Part shown: piece by piece, positions 24,411 to 36,600 of the stretch
How positions within the stretch are numbered: position 1 is the stretch's first letter
Layout of the letters: the number at the start of each line of letters is the position of its first letter
Assembly (NCBI RefSeq): GCF_001194135.2
Contig: NC_068984.1
Span: 259,894-323,893, forward strand
Source: Octopus bimaculoides
Taxonomy: Eukaryota
Direction: 5' to 3'
Length of the DNA stretch: 64,000 bases
The notes under the pieces: model-generated
Told to the model about the DNA's origin: nothing
Databases searched by the model: none
Seen by the model: only the letters and a program-made list of their open reading frames with translations
Made by a program: the position numbers and the translations under genes

Positions 24411-25915
24411 TAGTGACATGAAAATAACAGTACAGAATTTCTCGTTTCAATAGACTCAATTATTTCTTGTGTTTCAGGTATCTCTTAACAAACCAGAATG
24501 TGGTCGACAAACTCTAGTTGAATTAATGATACGTCCTGTGCAGCGTCTTGGAAGTGTTATTCTGCTTTTAAATGGTGAGAATTTGTCATTTCAGGATATT
24601 GCTAAATTTTTTCTTTTTCTTTTTTTCTTCTTTTTTTTCTTCTTTTTTTTTTTCCCCATTACCATCATTTATAACCTCTGGCAGACAATTTCAACTTCAC
24701 CCATGTTCTCAGCTGCATGGCCAAATGACTGCAAAGGTCAAATTCTTGCTAGTTGGTGATTCTTTGACAGTATTTATCGATCCATTTGTTATTACTCACC
24801 AATTTACTATTCGTTCTTCTACTATGGAATCTCTGTAAATACTGATTGGTTAATGAAAATAATTAATTGATTCAGAATGTTATGCTAATGAAGTTTCATT
24901 GCTATTGTTATTAATATCGTTAGTACTATTATTATGATTATTAGTGTGGCAAGCTGGCAGAATCATTAGCATGTCAAGCAAAATGCTTAGCAATGTTCTG
25001 AGTTCAAATACTGCTGAGGTCAACTTTGTTTTTCATTATTTCAGGTGTCAACAAAATAAGTACCAGTCAAGTACTGCAGTTGATGTAATTGATTAGTCTC
25101 TCCCCTCAGAATTGCTGGCCTTGTGCCAGAATTTGAAACAGTTATTTTAATTATTAGATGTTTTATATTTAATAGTTTTTCTCTGTCAGCACTTCACTGA
25201 GCCAAATTTTTGTTCTAGATTGATCTCATAACTATTAACATGTCAACACCAATATTTGCCTGGTCCTTTTAAAATTGCAATGACTCTAGAATCTGTGTGT
25301 TAAACTGTGCAACAGGCTGCAATTTATTATCAGAAGCTGGTTCCTGTTGCTGCCTTTATCAGTCTTTGCTCAGTTCAAAAAGAAGTGATGAAGTAATTTC
25401 ATTTTGACATTGACATTAGCAATTACTGTAAGTTAGTTCATTTGTCTAACCTTCTGGAACTTCCACAACTGGAGACAATGTTTGATGGTAATCACCTGAC
25501 TTGTAGGAACTGATCCACCACCATTGCAATGATACATTGTTTTCTTGTCTTCTTGACACTAAGATTCTACAAACTTAAAATGTAGTTAGGGAGATGAAGA
25601 TCTTACACGTAGGCAGCAAATTGGCAGTCATTAAGACTATCATTGAACAACATTCCATGCGTATTCTTTCCAACACTTTGCATGCTGAGTTCAAATCATG
25701 CTATGCTGACATTGCCTTTCAAAAGCCCCAACCTACTGCATTGGTTTAGTGGAACTGAAAGAATATCAGGCCAGATTTTTTGTAGTTTTTCTTCTGGTGC
25801 TTTGCATCCTAAATTCAAATCTTAATGTGGCCTTCTTGGCTGGTACACTTGACCCATCACCTAGTTTAACATTACCACCAGGCACCATTGATGTGTGTGT
25901 GTGTGCATGCATGCA

Positions 25916-25954
<39 letters not shown>

Positions 25955-28085
25955 CATGTGAGAGAGAAGCCTTTGCTGGTTTGGATATGTGATGTGTATG
26001 AATGCAGACAGCTGCATAAAGCAGTGCCAATCACTTAGAGTGGATGGCACCTGTGGAAGAGGGAGACCAAGGAAGACATGGGACGAAGTAGTGAGGATTG
26101 ATCTCAAGATGTTGGGGCTCATAGAAGAGATGACAAAGGCCCTAGATATTTGGTGATATGAGGTTCATGAGAAAATCTGCCAACCTCAGTAAAACTGAGT
26201 TCTGGAAGTGCTGTGTGTTCCACCCACATGTAACATTAAAAAATTTGTTTGCACTCCCACCCCACCCCATTAAACCAAACTGCATCTCCTCTTCCTCGCA
26301 TTGCCTCTTTATCATGCACTCTGTTTATCTCTCCCTCCCTACCTACCCCTGCAGTCCTGCCCTGCTCCCTGTATCATTGCTATCCCCTCTATACCCAAAT
26401 TTCACCAGTCATTGCATCCCTTCTCCCCTTCCTTCCTTCTCATTCATGGGAACCCCTTACTCAGGCACCCTTACCAATGCTCTACCATCTCCACCATCTC
26501 CACCATCACTCCCTCTTGCTTATTCACTCTCTCCCTCTGACTCCCATGTACTACTTTCTCCCTCTCATACTGCCATCTATCTCCTCTACAGCAAAGCCCC
26601 TTTTTTGCTTCCCTCTCTCATCATATGGTGCTAGCCCTAGCCCTAAGCCTCCTGTACCCCACCCTACTCTCAAAGGATCTTTGTCTTGCAAGTTACTTGG
26701 TGATCCCACTGGTGCTTGGTGCCATCTAAAAAGCATCCAGTCCACACTGTAAAATGATTGGTGTTTGGAAGGGCATCCAACCGTAAAAACTCTGCTGAAA
26801 TAGACAGTGGAACTTGGTACAATCCTCTGGCTTGTCAGCTCGTTTCCAGCCATCCATCCCATGTCATCATGGAAGACGGATGTTAAATGATGATGATGAT
26901 GATGATATATTTAGAGTATTCTAACATGGAGGTGGGGTACTATGTACATCATAATATACAATAATTAAATTTTCTCTGTTCGTCATTGTTTTTAAAATCT
27001 ATGTTAGAGAAGCAGCAACAACTTTTTTTCATCAAATTAGTTTGATCTGTTTGTGTTATCAACTATTTCCCTTTCCACAACCAATTAAACAAGCAGTGAA
27101 AGTGCCCAAATAAATGAAGTAAAGTAACTGGTTCAAGGGCCTGGTGAGGTTTGAACCTGATCACCAATAGTCTGTTCCTTTAAACTTCCCAACCTATTTT
27201 TACTTGTTGAACATGACTCCCTATTTTTTTTTATATCAACTCAATTACAACATTTGAAGAACTTAACACAGTCATTTCTTGGCTCTTAGCCACATTGGTT
27301 TTCTCAATTCTTTCTCTGGTGTGTATTCATACGATCTACTAATTTTCTGTCACAAACATTTTGGCAATAGTTCTGCCTATGTTACAGCAAAATCTGTATT
27401 TTTTAATCTATATTTCTTCACTTGTTGCTGTGTACCTCTAAGTAAGGAAACTAATTCTGCCAGTCTAAAGTTTAGTCCTTTTTTTGTTTTTATTGTTTCA
27501 AGAAATCATTATTGTTCTTTAAATAATAGAAATCTAATAGAATTAAACATTGTTTTTTTTTATTACCAAAAGAAATAGTTGAAGTCTGCACCATTTGTTC
27601 TTTTAATTTGTTTAAACATCTCAAGCTATGAAGCTGTGGCTGTTGATTTGAACAACGGCTCCAATATGGGCGTATGGTTAAGAAGAATCCTTTGCAACCA
27701 GATGTTTTCTGGTTCAATTCACTGTGTCGCACCTTGAGCAAACATTTTCTACTATACCTCAGGCTTTGTGAGTGAATTTGGCAGATGGAAACTGTGTAGA
27801 AGCCCGTTGTGTGTGTGTAATTAGGGTGTTCGGCCTATGATTTTAATTTTGTGAGGTCAATTTCTGGCAGTATGTTGTGTCCTTGAGTGTCACACTTTTT
27901 GCTCCAGTCCACTTGGCTGGCAAAAGAATGAATTGTATTCCAAAGGGCCAATGTTGTCACATTGTGTTACACTGAATCTCCTTGTCCATGGAGTGCTTAG
28001 CCATTTGCATGTTAATTTCACAAGCAGGGTATTCTGTTGATCAAATTAGCTGGAACACTTATCGTCCTAACCAACAGAATGCCAG

Positions 28086-28135
<50 letters not shown>

Positions 28136-30702
28136 TTATGTGTTTGGGTTCCCCCACCACTTAACAACTGGTGTGATTTGTTCATCTTGTAACTTAACAG
28201 TTCAGCAAAAGAGTCTGATAAAGTAAGTACCTTATTAAAAATGTAAGTACCAGGGCTGATTCATTCAACTAAACCCTTGAAAATGATGCTCCAGCATGGG
28301 TGCAGTCCAATGAGTGAAACAAGTAAAACAATATTTTTCATCTGTTGAGATTAAAAGGTTGCATTAGAGTAGGCTGCAGAAGTCTTTTGGGTTTATCTCA
28401 TGGAAGAAGAATTTAACTAAACAGTGATCAAGGAGTGTCTGCTATAGGATATTGCGCAATCTACATAAGTATGTCTTTATTAACCATTTTCTTACTTGGA
28501 CCAAAAACAACATACAAGAACTTGACAGAAAAACTAGAAAGCTGTTGGCAATGTATGGAGCTCACAACCAAAATCTGATATTAACTGGTTCAATTAAAGA
28601 AGCCAGTCATTTTGTCACACAGAGGAGAAAGTAATAGGCAGAGTAATTATTTGAGAAACTGTGCATGTCCAAAAGGTTTATATATAAAACAGCAACAGGA
28701 AGAAAAGGCAAAAGGTGTTCAATCTGGTCGTAACCGGCCAAAATTAAATCCCCTTTATTTGTTCAAGCCGGTCATATCCAACTGTTCTACAAAATCGCTA
28801 AAAAAAATAAGCAAATCACGTTATTCAATTCTCGTAGCTTTGAGAGAATGCGAGATGAAGCCTTTCCCACCTTTATTCAAGTATAAATATGGGAAGGAAT
28901 CGATGTGATGTTCAGGACCCTGTATTGTAGAGGATATGACTGAGGAACAAAGGGACCTAATGGTAAAACAGAAGGAAATAATCAGAACAAGAGCAGAGAG
29001 CCAACTGGTTCATTTGGGAGTTGTGACTGTGATGGTGTGAAACATGTGACCCAAAAGGTTGATGGAATCCTGAAGTGTATTCCAGCAGAAGATCAGAAAG
29101 AAGGGGCTTGGTGAGATCTGCTTCGATTTTAGTAGGTGAACTGTTTGGAGGAGAAAAAGAAGAAGAAGAGAGGAAAGCAGGCAGACAGAAGGGGCCGTAG
29201 TGGAAGTGGAGGTGGGTAAAGGCCTGAGTTGCATAGAAAAATGGTTCCAAGACAATGGAAACATACCAAAGAAGGTGTGAAGGTGTATCTTCAATGAAAT
29301 TACCAAATCCAAAAAGAAAGGGTTCAACACTGTTAATTGAAAGCCTAAAACAATGGAATCGTTGAAAAACATTGAAGGTGCCAATGCTACTTGGATCCTA
29401 TATTGCAGAGTTCCATTGAAACAGGTTCTTCATAAATAACCAGAGATAGTATTTTGAGAGCTTCAGTTTATTTGATGTGCAAACAATTATGTTAACTTAC
29501 CACCTTAATAATAATAATAATAATAATAACAATAATTATTACCATAGTTATATTTATATGATTTTTTTTTTATCAGAAATTCTCAAACGAACTCTAAAAA
29601 CCAATCCTGATTCCAAAAAGCTGGACGAAGCTGTCAAAGCATTGAAAGAAGTTCTCACGTGAGTTTTAGGTGATTTCTGTAAGAATGGCTGTTGCGATTT
29701 TACTTCACAACCATTAGGGTCTAGTTTTGAGTCCACTGCATAGTTCTTTTGGCAGATCCCTTCTTACCATAGCTTTAGGTTTATATTTGGTGGATGAGAA
29801 TCTTGTACAAGTTAACTGCATGTATATATATATGTGTGTGTGTGTGTGTGTTATCATTTAATGTCTATTGTCAATGCTGGTATGGGTTATGCGTATGTAT
29901 GTGAATATGTGTGTGTATTTGTATGTTTAGTTTAAACCCAGGGCTTATGGTTGTGATCATGTTGTGACCAGTAGAGCAACTTGACCTCACTAGATGACAT
30001 CGTCCCCCTTCTGAGCCAGTCCATCATATCAGATTGCTGGCTGCAAGCCCAATGCAGAAGATTCAATGTTGTATACCAATGCACCATTCACAACATAATA
30101 AATAACATCTCTATCCTGCTGTCTCCCCCCCACTCTCTCTCACCTTCCCCTGCATTTCCTTCAGGTTGGGTAACCACGTGCTTCCTTTGCGGCAGCACAC
30201 CTGTTTCTGATCTTTCTCTCTCTCTGGTCAGGTAACCATGTACCTTCTCTACAGCAAGACACCTGTTTCTGTCTGTCTGTCTCTCTCTCTCTCACTATAA
30301 ACCTTTCATCATCCGACACAAGATCCCCTCCTCCTCCAATGCCCCCTCCCCTCTCAAAGCCTCTTTGCCTTGCAATGTCATTTGGTGACCCTGCCAGTGC
30401 TGGTGCCACTTAAAAAGCATCGAGTCCACACTGTAAAGTGGTTGGCATTTGGAAGGGCATCCAGCTGTAAAAACCCTGCCACAACTGACCTCCCCTGTGC
30501 CGGTGCCACGTGAAACGTACCCAGCTCACTCTGCAGAGTGCTTGGTGCTAAGATGGGCATCCAGCCACGAAAAGAAACAAAGCCATGCCAGAACAGACAC
30601 AGTGCAGTCTGGTGCAGGCTCCTGCTTGGCCGGCTCCTGTCAAACCCTCCCTCCCATGTCAGCATGGCAGGGGGAGGACGTGAAACGATGAGGATGATAT
30701 AA

Positions 30703-30743
<41 letters not shown>

Positions 30744-33576
30744 ACTGTATGTGTTTAAGTGTGTGAGTATGTATCTTATGCATATACCTGTGTGTGTGTG
30801 TGTGTGTGTGTGTAGACATGTGTATATATGCGTGTGTCTCCTTATCCTGACGTTTTGTAGTAGTTGTAAACTATTGTCACTCTTGTACCCAGTAATGCCA
30901 TTCATTCCCAATATTCTGCAAAAGCATTTCTGGCATGGGTCAATATTACCTTATTTGGAAATGAATGAGGGTTGGCAACAGGAAAGGTATCCAGCCATAG
31001 TAGAAGATGTCTCAATAAATTCTGACTCCTGCAAGCAATGGAAAGGTGAATGTTAAACTGATGATGTTGATGCTGTATAAAGCGCATTCTCAGAATCCTT
31101 TGTACGAAAGGTCTTTTATTCATTACTGCTTCATTAGGCTGACATTTCAATTTAGTGAGTCACTAATTAGCTGCTATAATAAATCTGGTGTGGTTTGTAT
31201 TTTCGTATTTTTCAGCTGATTACTAATCTCAAGGCTATTTCCATTTCTAGATACATTAACGAAGACAAGAAGAAGACTGAAAACCGTGTGGAAATGTTTG
31301 ACTTATTTAATGACATTGAGTGTTGTCCTGTAAGTATCTAATTTACTGCTTGGGCTTCATTTGGTTTAATTAACCAAGTTGCTAAATATCTTGAAAATAT
31401 GCTTATATTAAAAGATCAACGAGTGATGATAATTTCCAGCAGTTCTGCTATACCGTATTGGTCTATGGAACTTGTTCATGAGGATCTGATAAAGTTAATT
31501 AGCATGTCATCTGATTGTAATTACAGCCAATTTCATTGGTTGATGAAGATTTTTAGAGATTTTGTGTTTTTAGTAATTATTATATTTTTTTTTGTACTAA
31601 TTTTATGTTTTTCTTTGCCAGCCTTATCTGCTCTCTTCACATCGGACTTTCCTAAAGAAGGTCGACACTATTGAATTATATGGTTCTGTCATTCCAAGAG
31701 GAGAATCTTTGACTTTGTTCCTCTTTAGTGATAGCCTGTCTGTAAGTATGTTAGTTTTGTTTCTCTTACTAAAACTACTAGCATCCTGCCTCTCATTGCT
31801 AACCCCCCTCCTCCCACTACATTGGTACGGACCTTTCTTGTGTTGTTGACTTTTGCTTAAGATTCCGTTAGTTTCATCTTTTCATTTATTTAACGCAGAA
31901 CACATAAAGAAAAACTATTGCTACATCTATGCAAATGTATTCTGTGGACAATTTCAAATTCACAAAATGAGAACTGCATGACCTACTCCAAGAAGGTATC
32001 ACAGAATGCTGTAATTCACTGTAAAAAGCTCATGATAAAAGTAACAAAAAAACCCCCAACAAAACTCACAATGTTTTCTCATTGACTTCTCAGTCACTGT
32101 AAACATTTATGTTCTTGTTTTGGCTTTTCTACTGCTTACCAACAAGTTCATATCTTATTATATTGCAGTGTTCAAATTTTAACAAGGTCAACATGATTCA
32201 GTACTTCCAACATCACCAAGTGATGAGGTTGAACTTCTGGAGTTAGACTTACTAAACCATAATCCCACAACTCCTTTTTCATTTCAATAATATTTCTCAA
32301 GAGATTCTTTCAAAAAAGCAGATGTGAAATTATTTCACTGAAAACTGCCATGTCTATTACTTCTGTTAATGAACTTCACCGATCAAACTAACTGGTCCCT
32401 TACAATAGATAGGGGCTACTAATCTGGTTCCTGTGACGGACAGTGGTTACATAAAAACTAACCTAGATTCTACAATGGATGACAGATACATAAACTTAAC
32501 ATGGTCCTACTGTATCAGGTGAAACTGATAAAATAGATTCTGTTATTCACCCTAGTTTTGTAGACCTAAAATATTTGTTGGTTTTTCTTTTTCTGTTTAG
32601 ATTTGCAAACGTCGACTCAAGTTGATGAACAATGCTACTAAAAGTCCTTCCAGCCATAAAACGCCACAGAAACCATTTAAACATTTAGCTTTGTTACCAT
32701 TAAACTCTATAAAAGCTGTGTTGGACATGAAAGAAACAGACAGTAAGTACCAATTGTCAAGATATACAGTCTTCTTTTGCCTTCTGTTTCTGTAGAATTT
32801 GCAGCTCTGGATTTAGTAGTTTTCAGGTTCTGCTAGGTAGGGGACCATTTCATGAAATTTAATCTTTTATCTTGTGTCACTCATTGGACTGCTGCCATGG
32901 TGGGACACTGCCTTAAAGGATTGTAGTTAAAGAGATCCACCCCTGCAATTTTAAAGCCTGGCACTTTTTCTATTAGTCTTTTGCAGGACTGATAAGTTAC
33001 GAGGATGTAAACAAACCAATGCTGGTTGTCATTAGATATATTAAATATAACAGTTTGGGTATGAAATACAAAATATGTCTATATGGATACCTGAAAAACA
33101 AGAGAAAGTAAAAGGTGGAGACTTTCAGATGATGAGTTTTTAAGTATAAATATATATTTATATTAATAGATCCAACTTACACAAATGACAGAGAAAAATT
33201 AAAGGGAAAGATGAAAGGTGTTAGGGTTAGGGCAACTCCCAGAAACAGCTGTCAGACTCATCACACCTTTCATCTTTCCCTTTAATTTTTCTCTGTCATT
33301 TGTGTAAGTTGGATCTATTAATATAAATATATATTTANNNNNNNNNNTGAAAGTCTCCACCTTTTACTTTCTCTCGTTTTTCAGGTAAATATATATATAA
33401 CATATTTTGTATTTCATACCCAAACTATTATATTTGATATATCTAATTTGTTTATCTGCATAACTGCCTCCATATCTGCTCAACTTGATCCCTTATAAAG
33501 ATATCAAAGTCTCAGTTTGAATTCTTTGAGCACTACTAAATGTCTTTTATGCTGAGAATCTCTGGATCTCATCTGT

Positions 33577-33619
<43 letters not shown>

Positions 33620-36600
33620 TGCCATGTTTAAAGCACCCAGTACACTCTGTAAAATGGTTGGCGTTAGGAAGGGCATCAAACTGTAGAAACCATGCCAAAA
33701 CAGACAGCTTCATTAGGTTGAAGTCACTGTTATCAGATTGTCAGGTGTGTTCTTTTTGTATTTTTAACTTGGCCTTGTAAACTCTAAATTATTTTATAGT
33801 TGGACTGAATATGTGCTTATGTACAGAATTAATTTATCAATTGATATAAATTTGGTTGTTGTTTAAAGTATTAAGTTGTATTTTCTTTGTCATAGCTTGT
33901 CAAAATGCCTTTGGTCTCACCTGTAACAATGGAGACAAAGATGAATGGTATGCTTTTAAAATGGACTGTGATATTCCAAAGAGTGAATTTCAGATGCTTC
34001 TTTGTCGGTCGATTGCTGATACCTTATGCCGTACAGACTATGTAAGTGAAATTATCCAATTTCGTCTCAATCTATAAAACCAGATTTGCAGTAAGAGAAT
34101 ACTATTAACTTGATGTTATCTTTTTTTCATAAGACATACTTTGAATGGAATGTTTGAAATGGAGTTCTTGAATAATATCATCTACATTTACAACAGATTG
34201 AGAGTGAATCAAAAGTTTAAATCTTTTGCAAAACTCAGGAATCTATAAGACTGGGAAATAAATCCAGCTTTTGTACAAGAGATAAATCTTCCTGGTGAGG
34301 AGGCTAGTCTATCAGAGAGAATTCCCCAGAATATTTGCTAATTCTTAGTTCTCACAATTTGGTAAATTTAGATTGTCTAAGAACGATGTGTATTCACTAT
34401 GGCATAATATATCTCTGGCTGATTTGAATTGATTGACTGTGTAATATCATCATCATCATCATCATCATCATCATTTTAATGTCCATTCTCTCATGCTTGC
34501 TTAGGTTGGACCAAGTTTATTCAGACAACTTCTCTATGGCTGATGCTATTCCGATTGCCAATCCACACCTATTCCCAGTATTTTCCTCATGGCCAGGCAT
34601 GTTTTGCACAGAATATATCAGAAATGAATGGCACTGCTTGTCTGACAGGACACTCATTTGCAACAATCACATGATGTTAAGTCAAGGGGAGAGAGACACC
34701 CCCCCACACACACACACTCTCTCCCCCTATCTGGAGCTTGGTGTAGCCCTGTGACTTGCTGGGTCCTGTCAAACCATCCAATCCATGTCAGCATGGAAAA
34801 TAGATGTTAAATGATGATGATATGCTGGGTGTGTCCCAGTGTCCATGTCTAGGGGTTTCATTGTTATAACACTGACACACAAACTGTAGCTGGTAATATT
34901 GATAAAATAAATTTGTAAATGTTCTGAAATAGAATAAGAAGTGCTAAAAGTGGTGTGGGTTATGTTTGAAACTTGCAAGAATAGTTTGGAATTGAAAGGT
35001 TTCAAAGTGCAACATGGTAAAGTCCTAGAACCATCGCAGAGGGATGTGGGACTTGCTTAACATTTTGGAAAGACTTCATTGTTGTGCTTTCGTCATCATT
35101 AGTGAAGAGTGTGATCTCTGGTAGCCTGACAAGGGATGAGGATAGTGTGAGATTATAGAGAAATACATCTAGAAACTGCTTAGATGACCTGTTAAATAAA
35201 GTCAATGGTTTCTGCTAATGGGGTGGCCTAATTAGGACTAGAGATGGTTGAGGTGGAAGTGGGATATCAAGAAAAAGAAAGAGGTAAAAGAAGTTCAAAT
35301 AAAGCATTTACAGCTGTTTCCTGGGAAGTGTGAAGCTGATGGTCTGTGTTTACAGAATGGGGGAGAACATGTAAGGTCAGGGATGCTACAGAGAAGAGAG
35401 AGAGAGAGAGAGAGAGATAGAGATTGGTTGGGGAAACCTTGCAGAGCTGATAGAGTGGTTGAGTATTTAGTTCCTTGTTTCATGTACACTGGTGTGAAGG
35501 CACATGGCCTCGTGGTTAGGATATTGCACTCATGATTGCAAGATTAGGGTTCTTATTTCCAAATCAGGCAGTACATTGTGTTCTTGGGCAAACCATTTCA
35601 ATTCATATTGCCCCAGTCCACTCAGCTGTAAATGAGTAACCTTGTGATGGACTGGCTTCCCATCCAGGGGGAATAATGTTGTGTTCTCAGTCATTTACAT
35701 GCCATGGAGGTTGGGTAATTGGCTGTTATGAGTCCTGCATCTTGAGACAGTAATGTGCAGGGGTTGATAATGATGTAGACAGGTGAGACAAGTGATATGA
35801 AGGTAGAATGAATCTTAGTTGAAAGTGCTGGATGTTGATTGTGCCAAAGAAAGACAGGAAGAAATGGTGAAATCTTGGGATGCTAAACCTTACAGATTAA
35901 ACTGGCACACAAAAAGGAGTGGCACTGTGCCATAGTGGGGTTGATATTGAAGTTGTTTTTTTTTTTTTTGTGGTCTTTCTCTTGAGATAAAACCTGAAAG
36001 GTTTATGTAAAGGTTTACTAAGTCTATTGGAAGGAATGCAAACCATTATAATTCTGGGGAGGACAAATATAATTCTTCTTGTTTGTCTCTGGTCATTAAT
36101 CATGTGATCTAGTTAGAGGTAATTATTGTAAGATGTAGTTGGATGGGTATGCAAATATCTATATTTGAAAACACATTTGAACCAAAGGAACATGATAGAA
36201 AAACTGATGTAAGAAAAAAATTGATAAAATCTTGCTCTTGTTTTCTCAATATTGAATTATAATTTTACTATTTATTTAGTTGGATATTTACTTAAATTTT
36301 TATTTGGTTTATTAATTATTCAAAGAAGAAAAAGGAAAAAAAAAAAAAGAATAAACTTGTGTTTCTTAATCTGAATTGAAGTTTTAAATCTAATCCATTG
36401 CTAAGCATTCCCAGGTTTGTCTTTTACTAGTTTCTCCTCAAAGAAAATCTTTACTTTTCTATTGTAAATCATAAACAACCATTCTATAGGTTCCATTATA
36501 AACTGTTATTGTTTCAAGTTCTCCACTTGTTTCAATAATTTTTCTACAAATAAAAGACATATACACAAATAAAAGACATATACACCACAACTGTTTAGTT

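Noticed and set aside
28920-29460. Nested gene in the intron before exon 29577
   Set aside because: All frames are broken by stops; it adjoins a LINE fragment and is most likely decayed retroelement sequence.
36547-36584. Perfect 19-bp tandem duplication
   Set aside because: Ordinary slippage or repair duplication with no further structure.
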